Positions 33,336-43,690 of a DNA stretch of 64,000 nucleotides are shown piece after piece. Location: contig NW_026515634.1 of assembly GCF_000738915.1 (NCBI RefSeq), forward strand, positions 847,156 to 911,155, read 5' to 3'. Position 1 is the stretch's first letter. Every line of letters starts with the position of its first letter. The position numbers were made by a program, and so were the translations under genes. Source of the stretch: Nematocida ausubeli (lineage: Eukaryota). Under the pieces are notes generated by a model. It worked only from the letters and a program-made list of their open reading frames with translations, did no database searches and was not told where the DNA came from.

Positions 33336-33650
33336 TGAATAGTCACTCAGTCTATACTAGAGGTATATGAAAAAGACAAAAAGACGAAATATACTTTAAA
33401 GTGTCCATAGTTCAATAGAGAAGAAGAAAAATTCAAACAGAAGAAGGTTAAGCAACTGATCAGCTTCTTCCAAGAGAATTCAGTCAATCATGAAGTACTT
33501 AGTATGATGGAGACACGTGCTCAATGGATGAAGTTAAAGAGGGAAGTCTCTGAAGAACTTAAAGAATTCTTCTTCTCTAAAGAGAACCAGCCAGTTGACA
33601 CAACGAAGGGTGAATTTCAGAAGAATTGGTACAGACCTAGACAAGCCTAG
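33336..33650 (+). pseudogene. Degenerate fragment similar to the Gag-like ORF at 5381-6481
   Basis: Hand translation *IVTQSILEVYEKDKKTKY...CP*...QWMKLKREVSE...KNW against WLEESIRETSPATKVRY...EWKRVKDDLTE...YNW; in-frame stops at 33336, 33408 and 33648. Confidence 0.45.
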
Positions 33651-34378
33651 CATTGCATACTGCAGGAATTTGGGTTATATCGGGTTTATTCTGTTCTATT
33701 AATATATATTTCACTCCCTAGTCTATTTCCCATCTGTACTAGACTAGTACTCGGGTTATCTCTAATGTAATAGGAAGGTACTGAACTAAATAACCAAAGT
33801 ATTCAATTCTGTATACTTCCTTCAGTCCTATTAGCAGAATTGCATAGTATAACCCGATATAACCCGAAATATTCCAGACAAGAGATAATTAGTCTAGAAT
33901 AGACAGTAGATATACAGTAGATAGTTATCAAGGGTATATTTTTGTCATATACTTGAATATCTTTGTCTGTTTTTCAGGTTATTTTTGTTGACATTTTCTC
34001 TCTTTTTCTAATTTCACAGCCACTTATATAACCCGATATAACCCGAATGACTAAAATACACTTTTATTTAGACTAATCCCTTGGATAGAATTATTCTGCT
34101 AGAATATAGACATAAATTAAAGGATATTTAGAATACTTCTAGTACTGAATGGGTGGGTCTTTTTATTAATTAAATGGTAAATTACGTTTATGGCTTATTT
34201 TGTGGATTAAAACGCATTTATATGACAGAAGTATTACTTGGATTAGACTATCAAGAAATATTTCGGATACTACAATACTTATTTAGCTTCATTACATTCT
34301 TAGTCCAGTCATATACTACATTCATTACGTCCTTTTTCTCTTTGTGCAAGGACTGTACTTCGTACCTCACGGTTGACC

Positions 34379-34895
34379 AAGACTTATTCCACATTATGCA
34401 AGACTTATGGCACTTTGTGCAGAACTTAATCCTCACTTAATAAAATATGACAGAACTTATTACTCACTTAATAAAACATGACAGAACTTATTACTCACTT
34501 AATAAAACATGACAGAACTTATTACTCACTTAATAAAACATGACAGAACTTAATCCACTTTGTTAAGACTTAATCCACTCTATCCCAAAACTAGCAAGAT
34601 AATAGTGCAAGACTTATAGCACTCTAAAATATGTATTACAACTTTGTGCAAGACTTTTTCTGTGTGCCATAAGTTTTGTATAAAGTGGAAAAAGTCTTGT
34701 TTATATAAATATAAAGTGGATTAAATTCTGTCATTTATTCTGATATAATGTAAAAAGTCTTGTACATTCTTTTACAAAGTGCCATAGTCTTGTCTCCACG
34801 TAAAAAGTCCTGTCACTTCGCTATAAGTCTTGTCAAAGTGGATTAAGTCCTGCACTATTATCCATTACTTAGTACACCATGTGTTATAAGTCTTG
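34379..34895. repeat. 31-bp tandem repeat (3 full copies from 34447) within an orientation-switching CAAGACTTA/TAAGTCTTG array
   Basis: ATGACAGAACTTATTACTCACTTAATAAAAC at 34447, 34478 and 34509; 34548-34572 is the 23/25 reverse complement of 34824-34848. Confidence 0.9.
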
Positions 34896-36146
34896 GACTA
34901 TTTCGTCAACTCTTTTCTTTATCTCATTAATAACGGTGCTTATTGTTTTAATCTCTTTTTTGCTCAAATATTTGTAGCCTATCCAGTGAAAAGTGAACTC
35001 TTTTGAAATCCCGTTAAGTTTTCCCTTAATTAAATTGCAGCCAAGAATTGTTAAAAGATTTTCTTCTACTTCCTTTTCTGGCAACGATAAAGCACCTGAT
35101 ATTTCATTAAGATTAACAATTCTGTTTTGGCAGTTAAAGAAATACTTTAACAATTTTATGACGATTATTTTCTTTTTGACAATTTCAGTTATTTCTGCAC
35201 CAAAGTCTTCAGAAAGTTTGACTGCCAAATTTGCTAAGTCATTTTCTATTGCAACTGCCATTGAAAGAGATTTTGACTCTTTTCCATTTAAGGAAATTTC
35301 ATTGAAGTTCTTTTCTGTTACCTTTTCGGGTAGTTCAATTTGCAGATTCTCAAACAGCCCGTTAAAAGAGTAAATCTCATTAGCATAACAACCAGATATA
35401 ACTGCCATTTCAACTATTTTCCCAATTGGGAATATTTCCTTTTCTGGATAATTATTGCTCTTAACAATTTTAATGTACTCAATTAGGAAATTGTATCCTA
35501 ACGTACTTTTAAAATTCAACAAGCCTAGCCCAAAATACAATTCACTAATTACACTGTTACTATATATGGTAATGTTCTTGCATTCATAAAGAATAATTTT
35601 TGATAAATAAAAAACTTCCGTGTGGTTGTTAATTAAGAAATTATTTGCAAGTTCAATTAGAATTCTGACAAGACTTTCGCATCTTTGTGTAATAAGTAAT
35701 GCACTTTTAACAACTTTCTCATAATTAAAATTGCCATTTGCAGTAATATCCGTAATATTACTATTACTGTATGAGGAAACGTCCTTATTAGGAGTACTAT
35801 TACTTACAGATTCAGTAATTTCCTTATTGGGTGACTCTTCACCAGTTATTTCCATATTTTCCCCACAATTCACTAAGTTTTCCTTATTAAGTAATATAAC
35901 TAATGTATTAATTAACACATTATTTTTATTACCATATACGGTAGTGTCCGTTATTTTCCTTGATAATTCTATGCTTATTTTTGCCAATATTTTATTATTA
36001 ACATTGTTTTTGTTTGTTAAAATTAACAAATTATAACCTGACACGAGTTCTTCTACTGATACTTTGTCTATATTGCCCAGAATATTTTGTGCGAGCTGGT
36101 GGAAGAGGCCTTGCTCTGCAAGAAGAGAGAAGTTTTGCATGGGCAT
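34884..36146 (-). CDS. RPN9: 26S proteasome lid subunit Rpn9 (PCI domain), divergent and Asn/Ile-rich
   Basis: C-terminal EVE..L...L..NLIKGKLNG..K..TF.WI..KYL...EI matches the Rpn9/PSMD13 PCI tail. Confidence 0.75.
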   Translation of the reverse strand: MPMQNFSLLAEQGLFHQLAQNILGNIDKVSVEELVSGYNLLILTNKNNVNNKILAKISIELSRKITDTTVYGNKNNVLINTLVILLNKENLVNCGENMEITGEESPNKEITESVSNSTPNKDVSSYSNSNITDITANGNFNYEKVVKSALLITQRCESLVRILIELANNFLINNHTEVFYLSKIILYECKNITIYSNSVISELYFGLGLLNFKSTLGYNFLIEYIKIVKSNNYPEKEIFPIGKIVEMAVISGCYANEIYSFNGLFENLQIELPEKVTEKNFNEISLNGKESKSLSMAVAIENDLANLAVKLSEDFGAEITEIVKKKIIVIKLLKYFFNCQNRIVNLNEISGALSLPEKEVEENLLTILGCNLIKGKLNGISKEFTFHWIGYKYLSKKEIKTISTVINEIKKRVDEIVQDL

Positions 36147-36449
36147 TAAAAAAAAAGAAAATATATACTAAACATTAATTAATACACATAGTGTAATATA
36201 TAATGCAATTTAGACAGAACTTATGGTACTATTGTAATAAGTAGTGAATTTGTGTTGTATTTGGTCACATATTACATTACTTATAGTCAGTGCGTAATAA
36301 GTAGTGAATTTGTGTTGTAATTAGTCGCATTTGACAGGACTTAATACACTAGTGCCATAAGTAATGCACATTCCAGACCCTATTTTATTTATATTATCAG
36401 AAATAACCTGTATCTATATAAAATATAAATTAAAATCAAGTGAACACCT

Positions 36450-36690
36450 TATTAATAGACTAATTATAGGGGAAATATACAGGAGTAGATTAATTATAGG
36501 GGGAATACACAATAGTAGACTAATTACAACGTACTACTACTAACTACAACAGAAGAGCTTAAACAATACACTAATTACAACAGAATACACTAATAATATA
36601 CTAATAATAACAGACATATTAGATTAGTCTATAATACAACAATATACACTAATTACAACATAATACTAATAATAGTCTATAAAACATACA
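36450..36690 (+). repeat. AGTAGACTAATTACAAC-family satellite array (forward orientation)
   Basis: Many degenerate ACTAATTACAAC/ACTAATAATA units. Confidence 0.85.
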
Positions 36691-36797
36691 ACACAAGGGT
36701 CCCCCCTTACAGCCCACTAATCTTCCCTTACAAAACCCGAAATAATTTAACCAACAACCTTATTAAATCTCCTTAAACTCCTTTATTTCTGCCGTGA

Positions 36798-37412
36798 TTA
36801 TTTTGCTGCAGGTCTCCCCCACTTCTTCATGTTCTCTGCGTACTTCTCTGAGAATTCTTCATCAACCTCTGTGACTAATTCCTGCAGGCCAGGCACCATT
36901 TCATTCAGTGCTATGCAGGCTGCTGACTTCCTGCCTACGAGTGAGCCTAGTTTATTCTTGCTGTCGTATATGGCGTAACTTACACCCATCTTCTTGCAGA
37001 GTGATGGCAGGAATAGGACTACGACTAATGGGTCTACATCATTAGCAATTAGTACTAATTTTGCCTTCTTCTGTTCAATTGACTTGACTATCTGTCTTAT
37101 TCCAAATATAATTGATACTTTTTTGTCTTTTCCTTGTTCTACTCTCTCAGCCTTCTCTTCTGGGTTCTCTGGTCTATATCTCTTAAAGACTTCTTCTATT
37201 TTGTCTTTTAAGTCATCAGATATTTTCTGTTTGAATTGGTGTATGGCAGGTGGGCATTTTAGTGCACTTTCTAATGCTGTCTTTTTCTTGGCTATTAGTT
37301 TATCTTGTGCATCTCTTTCTTTTTTTGCCATTTCTGCTGTGTGCTTCTGGCCACTTCCTCTTTTATTCTTTGGGGCCTTAACTTTATGCTCTGTTGGTTG
37401 GATTATTTGCAT
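36798..37412 (-). CDS. RPL7A: 60S ribosomal protein L7a (eL8)
   Basis: LKCPPAIHQF, YRPE..EEK..R, KKAKLVLIANDVDP..V.FLP.LCKKMGV.Y, LG.LV.RK, KWG. Confidence 0.97.
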   Translation of the reverse strand: MQIIQPTEHKVKAPKNKRGSGQKHTAEMAKKERDAQDKLIAKKKTALESALKCPPAIHQFKQKISDDLKDKIEEVFKRYRPENPEEKAERVEQGKDKKVSIIFGIRQIVKSIEQKKAKLVLIANDVDPLVVVLFLPSLCKKMGVSYAIYDSKNKLGSLVGRKSAACIALNEMVPGLQELVTEVDEEFSEKYAENMKKWGRPAAK

Positions 37413-37559
37413 GCATGGGGTACATTAAAAAAAATTTAAGTAGGAAAATATACGGAAATTAGTAGGGAAATTTAGGGTATACAAGGGGGGACCCTTGGGT
37501 ATATAGAATAATAGTGGGTGTAAGGGGGGAGTATTGGAGATGTTTGGATATTTTGGAAA

Positions 37560-37920
37560 TTAGTGATATTCTGTTGCATTATAGGCTAATATTGGTATAC
37601 TGTTGTAATTAGCGTATATTAGTATATTTCTGTTGTAATTAGTCTACTACTGTATATAATTAGTATACTAGTGTGTATTAGTGTATTCCTGTTGTAATTA
37701 GTCTACTACTGCATATACTAGTATGTATTAGTGTATATTAGTGATATTCTGTTATAATTAGTATACTACTGTATATATTAGTGTGTATTAGTCTACTACT
37801 GCATATATTAGTGTATATTGGTCTATCCCTGTTGTAATTAGTATACTACTGTATATTCCCACTATAATTAGTCTACTACTGTATATTCCCTGTATACTCC
37901 CACTACAATTAGTCTACTAT
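37560..37920 (-). repeat. Same satellite family, reverse orientation
   Basis: Repeated GTTGTAATTAGTCTACTACTG units. Confidence 0.88.
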
Positions 37921-40137
37921 TCTATCCATGCAATATTTTTTTATTTTTTCATAAGAGACAAATGGATACTTTTCTTCTATAATATTAGATATATCTTTAA
38001 TAATAGATATATATAATTCAAGGTTATTAGTAAGGGGGTCTCTGGTGGTGATATTTTTAGTGAAATTATTATGACTAGCAGTGCAACTATTACTGTGATC
38101 ATGAGTAGTGAAGGTATTAGTATACTTACTAACACACTTATTATTAGTCACATTTTCAACACACTTATTATTAGTCACATTATTAACAGGGAAGTTATTA
38201 TTAGTCACATTTTCAACACACTTATTAGTAAACTTAGTATTACTACATATACTATGACTAATATTACTACAATTACTTGCTCCAGATACATTATGACTAA
38301 TATTACTACATATGCTATGACTAATACTACTACATATATTATGACTAATATTACTACAAGATATATCCTTATATAACCCAAGGTCTAATAGTCTTAATAA
38401 TTCCCTGTGTACTTTACTTAATATGTGGGCAGGTGATTTTCTTATGAGATATTTAAGTGTAACTGATTTTATTCTTTTTGTGAGTACTTTTGAAAGGGTT
38501 TTTGTTTTTGTTTTTATTTTTATTCTTTTTTGGAAAGTGTCTATTTTTTTTATTATTTTATTATTTATTTTATTAATTATTTTGTTAACAGTTTTTTCTG
38601 TTATTTTTAATGAGAATATTAGGAAGAGAGTATCCTGCCATATATTACTTGTTATATTGTGCTTATATAATAATATTATGCAGGATGCACTCTCTGGGAA
38701 TAATTTTGAGAAGATTCTTTTTATGTGGATTCTGTCTCGCATTTCTTTAACTGTCAGGTTCTTTGTTTTCATTTTTGATTTTCTTTCTTTTTTTATGGCA
38801 GTTATAATTTTATTTGATAATTTCTCCAGTATCTCCAATGGGAATATTTCTTTTTTTTTATTTTTGAATATATTTATATTATATATCTGATTTATTGCTT
38901 TTATGGCAAGTTCGATTCCCTGCACTCTTTTTTTTATCTTTTTCTCCATGTGGTTTAAATGGTCATCTGCCATTATATCGTTGTATCCTTTGAATTCTTC
39001 ATGGAATATGCTTCTTACCCTGGGTGCTGACCCTTTCCCAAAGAATTCACTGCTTTTTCCACGTGGTATCCCATTTTTATACGTATTTTGCAGTAATTTC
39101 ATGCAACCAGGCAGTAATAGGCGTATTCTACGCAGTATATCCTTTGTATTTAGTGTATTATTAGTGTATTCTGTTGGATTTAGTCTATCTGTTGTATTTA
39201 GTGTATTCTCATTAATACTGTAGAATTTAGTCGTATTTATATCTGTATTTATATCATTGTAAGGGGGTACCATTGTATATTCTTGTTTCATGTCTAATGT
39301 ATATTCTTGTGTATAGCATAATCTGTCTATTTCATTGTATATTTCACTGTAATTAGTCATATTATTAGTATTCTCGTTGTAATTAGTAATATTAGTGTTA
39401 TATTCAGTGTAATTAGTATAGTTAGTATCATATCTGTTACAATTAGTCAGGTTATTAATATATTCACTGTAATTAGTCTTATTCTCACTATATTCACTGT
39501 AATTAGTCTTATCTCTGTTATTATTAGTATCCCTGTTATAATTAGTGTTATCCCTGTTATAATTAGTCATATTCCCACTATTCCTAATATAATTAGTCAC
39601 ATTCCCACTATCTCTGTTACAATTAGTCATATTATTAGTATCCCTGTTACAATTAGTCTTATCCATATATTCTTTATACTCTGTATATTCCTTACTAATT
39701 GTATATTCTAATATATCCTTATATTCCTGTGATATTATTATATTATATAATATATCATATTTATCTTCTTTATATAATATCTTATTATATATATTATATA
39801 ATATATACAGTATATTATTATATATATTACATATATATATATTATATAATAGTTCATATATACTGTGTATATATAATATATCCTTAATTATCTTTCTTAT
39901 TATATATATATGTGATATATCTAATTGTGTTAGTAATAGTAATAGTATTAGTATATTAACTGACTCTGTTGTATTTTTATCTAATATATTAATAATATTA
40001 TAAATGTGTTCATTTGGAATATATTTATAATATATTTTACTGAAGGGTTTATTATTTATACTATCTGGTGTGAGTATTGTAGTGTCTGTTGTAATTAGTA
40101 TCTTATTAAGGATCATATGGATATATTTATCAGGCAT
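37909..40137 (-). CDS. Hypothetical 742-aa Asn/Ile/Tyr-rich protein with satellite-derived repeats
   Basis: Long stop-free frame in extremely AT-rich DNA; complex core GIPRGKSSEFFGKGSAPRVRSIF; TN(C/Y)N repeats. Confidence 0.75.
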   Translation of the reverse strand: MPDKYIHMILNKILITTDTTILTPDSINNKPFSKIYYKYIPNEHIYNIINILDKNTTESVNILILLLLLTQLDISHIYIIRKIIKDILYIHSIYELLYNIYICNIYNNILYILYNIYNKILYKEDKYDILYNIIISQEYKDILEYTISKEYTEYKEYMDKTNCNRDTNNMTNCNRDSGNVTNYIRNSGNMTNYNRDNTNYNRDTNNNRDKTNYSEYSENKTNYSEYINNLTNCNRYDTNYTNYTEYNTNITNYNENTNNMTNYSEIYNEIDRLCYTQEYTLDMKQEYTMVPPYNDINTDINTTKFYSINENTLNTTDRLNPTEYTNNTLNTKDILRRIRLLLPGCMKLLQNTYKNGIPRGKSSEFFGKGSAPRVRSIFHEEFKGYNDIMADDHLNHMEKKIKKRVQGIELAIKAINQIYNINIFKNKKKEIFPLEILEKLSNKIITAIKKERKSKMKTKNLTVKEMRDRIHIKRIFSKLFPESASCIILLYKHNITSNIWQDTLFLIFSLKITEKTVNKIINKINNKIIKKIDTFQKRIKIKTKTKTLSKVLTKRIKSVTLKYLIRKSPAHILSKVHRELLRLLDLGLYKDISCSNISHNICSSISHSICSNISHNVSGASNCSNISHSICSNTKFTNKCVENVTNNNFPVNNVTNNKCVENVTNNKCVSKYTNTFTTHDHSNSCTASHNNFTKNITTRDPLTNNLELYISIIKDISNIIEEKYPFVSYEKIKKYCMDRIVD

Positions 40138-40591
40138 ATATTATAATATATTCTGGTATATATAGTTTATGGGTCCTTATTATATTAATAATAGACAGGA
40201 TATACAGGGATAGACTAATTATAGTGGGAAGGGTGAGTTAGTTATAAATACAACGTAGATAGACTAATTATAACAAATTACAACGAAAAGGACCAATTAC
40301 AAGAGGAAATATAAGTTAGCCACAAATACAGTAGGAGATAGACTAATTATAACAGGAATATACAGAGATAGAATAATATATACTAATAATACATTAATTA
40401 GTCTACAATACAACACAATATCACTAATAATACACTAAATACAACAGTATATTAATAATATTTTATCAATAAAATAAAAATAAAACCCTTCACTTATCTC
40501 CCATATAATATATAATATATAATAATTTAAACTGTACACTTTATATTTTTATCTATATATTCTCTTTTTATCTTTAAATATATAAATAAAT

Positions 40592-41269
40592 ATGAAAATA
40601 TTCCATACAGACAGAATATTCTTTATAATTAGTACATTCCTGCTGTTCCTTAATGAGACCGTATATACACTGACTATTTCCCTGATTATTTCATGCTACA
40701 TATTCATGCACACCCTAAGTAATAAGGATGCAGTCACAGTGGCCCTAATTACTACTAATATATTTATGCATAAATATATACAGGAATCCAGTCATATACA
40801 CCTAATGACATGGTGCTTTATATTAGCAAGAATAATTAAGCCTAATAATTGCTGTATTAAATATAATACATATATATCATATATTAGTCTATTTATATCT
40901 GGTGTATGGTCTATATATACATTTATATCTGGATTTGGACTAGAAAGAAGTATAATCAAGGGATGTACATTATTCTGCAGTATGTGCCCATGTCCATTTA
41001 TCATAGGAAGACCACTAATTAGTAGATATATATACACAGGCAGACTAACAGAGACAGAAGGACGCAGTATACTTAGACTACTAGATATATGGGGTATAAT
41101 ATATAACAGTATTATGATTATAATAAATATATTTGGGGAATGGATGGGATTCGAACTTACCCCAGGGACATCCAGTTTTATAATGGTGCACTCCACAGGG
41201 GTCACGTATTATATAATGTGGGCAAAGATGCGTAACAGGGATATACAGAAAGAAAGGGGAAAGAAATAG
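40592..41269 (+). CDS. Membrane-only derivative of a P1B (Cu-type, Ccc2/ATP7/CopA-like) ATPase lacking A, P and N domains
   Basis: Ordered motifs NKDAV, ESS..LMTWCFILAR, CPCPF..G.P, degenerate YTGRLTE, WGIIYN, L.P...IMVHST; mostly hydrophobic. Confidence 0.65.
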   Translation: MKIFHTDRIFFIISTFLLFLNETVYTLTISLIISCYIFMHTLSNKDAVTVALITTNIFMHKYIQESSHIHLMTWCFILARIIKPNNCCIKYNTYISYISLFISGVWSIYTFISGFGLERSIIKGCTLFCSMCPCPFIIGRPLISRYIYTGRLTETEGRSILRLLDIWGIIYNSIMIIINIFGEWMGFELTPGTSSFIMVHSTGVTYYIMWAKMRNRDIQKERGKK

Positions 41270-41616
41270 GGAGTAGACTAAATATTGCGGGGGTAGATAA
41301 TAGTAGACTAAATATCACTAAATATAACAGAATAATAACAGACTAAATATAACAGAATAATAATATACTAAATACAATAGAGAGTATAATATTAGTATAT
41401 ATTACAACAGAATATACAATAATTAAAGCAGAATATACACTAAATACAACAGAATATTCTAAATACAACATATCCTTAATAAATACAACAGAATATCCTA
41501 ATAATACAATAAATACACCAGAGAGTATAATATATGTATAACCAATAAATATACCCTATATTTAACTGTATCTAGTTAGACACCCGAAAATATGTTTATT
41601 GAGGGACCCTGGTATA

Positions 41617-41689
41617 ACCCGGTTAGCTCAGTCGGTAGAGCATTGGACTTTTAATCCAAGGGTCGCGGGTTCGAGTCCCGTATCGGGTG
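41617..41689 (+). tRNA. trnK-UUU: tRNA-Lys(UUU)
   Basis: Cloverleaf ACCCGGT/ATCGGGT, GCTC/GAGC, TTGGA-CTTTTAA-TCCAA, GCGGG-TTCGAGT-CCCGT; T5 terminator at 41691. Confidence 0.97.
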
Positions 41690-42094
41690 CTTTTTACCAT
41701 ATTACATACTCTATGATATATTTTTACAGTATCTCATAACTAATTCTTCCCTTATAATACTCCTGTTGTATCTGTGGATTATTTCCAATAAGAAGTCTCT
41801 TTGTCTTTCATGAAAATAAATTATTAAAGAGAAATATTAGGGAGATATATTAGAAAACTAAAGATAAATTCATCTAAAATTACTACTATAGAGCCATTCA
41901 CAGCAGAGGCATTAAAGGGAAAAAGTAACAAGACAATTTAAGAAACAAAAATATCAAGATACACTAAGATATAACCAGACACAATAAGATACAACATAAA
42001 TACAATACACTAAAACACACCATAATATTATCTATATATCCCTCTATATTCCTATACTACCTCACTTCTATTTCTATGACAAATTAGTCACATA

Positions 42095-42470
42095 ATATTA
42101 TAGTGTGTTATAGTGTATTATGGTGTATTATGGTGTATTATAGTGTAGTAGTAATTTCAAATTATTTTCTATCTTTAGTCTCTCTCTATACTACTGTACT
42201 ACTATACTACTATACTACTATACTACTATAGTATTTTTTAAATTATTTTTTGTCTCCAGTGTATACTATAATAGTAGTATTTTTTGTTTCTAGTCTCTAT
42301 ACTATTAGTACTAGTACTGTAGTATTTTTTAAAATATCTTCTTTCTTTAGTCTCTCTGTACTATACTAATAGTAGTACTGTAGTAATTTTAAAATATTTT
42401 TATCTCCTGTCTCTAGTCTCTCTAGTCTCTATATACTACAGTACAATAGTACAGTACAACAGAATATATA
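42095..42470. repeat. Microsatellite/minisatellite mosaic
   Basis: TRGTGTATTA 10-mers, ACTATACT 8-mers and repeated TAGTA.TTTTAAA.TATTTT.TCT blocks. Confidence 0.8.
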
Positions 42471-42542
42471 ATAATATACAGAATAATCAATCTGATTATT
42501 GGGTTATATTTAGGTATATAATACGGAATATTTTATGTATTT

Positions 42543-43403
42543 ATGTTTTATCCAAGTGTTTTCGTATGTAAAGATAGCCTGCTGTATAGAATGTATGTAC
42601 ATTCTTGCTTGAGACGAGTTAATACTGCACTTCCTGTTGACTTACTGGGTGCATGCCTGTCTGCTGTTGATGGGGATAATTTATCCTTGCGTTTGCAGTC
42701 TCGCTTGATGATCTCTATTGTGACAAGTCTTCTGGTGCATTACAGGCAGGCACTTTCTTCTTTAGTCCGGGTTATCTCTAAGGACACGTCTACTGAAAGG
42801 GAAGTTCATAATAGAATATACAGCAAGCAAGAAATAACATACAATTACAACATGGATGTACTTTGCAGTGTACTTAATTATCAAGCGAATAAGACTGTAG
42901 TGCAAGAAGAAATAGAGTGTGCCAGGGGGAGTGCAGTATTATCTGAAGGAATGGGGTCCTTTCAGGTGCAGATGCTCTCTGAGATATATTCTGGGCAGAT
43001 AGCAGAGGAAACTGTAAGAAGAATTGATGCGCCTGTGAAAAAAGTAAAAATAGACAGAAGGATAGATGTGCCTGGGGAGATGATTTTAGGAAGAAGTGTG
43101 CCTGTGGTAAGGTGGTACCAAGGGATGGTAGATGCAATTATGAAAAGTATCCCGGAAGAAGATCAGGAATATATTGCAGATATATCTTCAATTGAAGCAC
43201 TAAGAAGGTACTCTTCTGATACGTATATGGATGATGCAGTGCACATGGACAGAAGCATATCAGTTCATGGAAGAATAAGCAGCATAAACATCCCAACAGA
43301 AAACCAAAAAATAATTGACTTTATAAATCTGCTGCATGAAGTAACAGAAGGAAATATAACTGCAATACAAGCAGTGCCATATGGGAGGATAATAAGGATT
43401 TGA
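42543..43403 (+). CDS. RAD21/REC8: Cohesin kleisin Rad21/Rec8 family (short)
   Basis: N-terminal LSLRLQSRLMISIV; C-terminal winged helix FINLL...TEG.I.AIQ.VPYG.I. Confidence 0.8.
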   Translation: MFYPSVFVCKDSLLYRMYVHSCLRRVNTALPVDLLGACLSAVDGDNLSLRLQSRLMISIVTSLLVHYRQALSSLVRVISKDTSTEREVHNRIYSKQEITYNYNMDVLCSVLNYQANKTVVQEEIECARGSAVLSEGMGSFQVQMLSEIYSGQIAEETVRRIDAPVKKVKIDRRIDVPGEMILGRSVPVVRWYQGMVDAIMKSIPEEDQEYIADISSIEALRRYSSDTYMDDAVHMDRSISVHGRISSINIPTENQKIIDFINLLHEVTEGNITAIQAVPYGRIIRI

Positions 43404-43409
43404 TTTGGG

Positions 43410-43690
43410 CAGAATTACAGTTATATTCTTGAGTGTATTTACAGTTAGATTATTGAGTGTAATTGCGGTTAGATTCTTGAATGTAATTACAGTTAGATTT
43501 AGGGTATAAATTTACAGTTAGATTTAGGGTATAAATTTACAGTTAAATTTAAGGTATAAAATTACAGCCATATTTACAGTTATATTCTGGGTATAAATTT
43601 ACAGTTAGATTTAGGGTATAAATTTACAGCCATATTTACAGTTATATTCTGGATGTAATTTCGGGTTATATTCTGGGTATATTCTGAGTA
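43410..43690. repeat. About 25-bp minisatellite
   Basis: AATTTACAGTTAGATTTAGGGTATA and variants, about 10 units. Confidence 0.88.

Noticed and set aside
34447..34551. 31-bp direct repeats as a CRISPR array
   Set aside because: Repeats are contiguous with no unique spacers, there are no cas genes, and the context is eukaryotic
43490..43620. TTTAGGG words as telomeric repeats
   Set aside because: They are embedded in a 25-bp unit, not a pure tandem telomere tract
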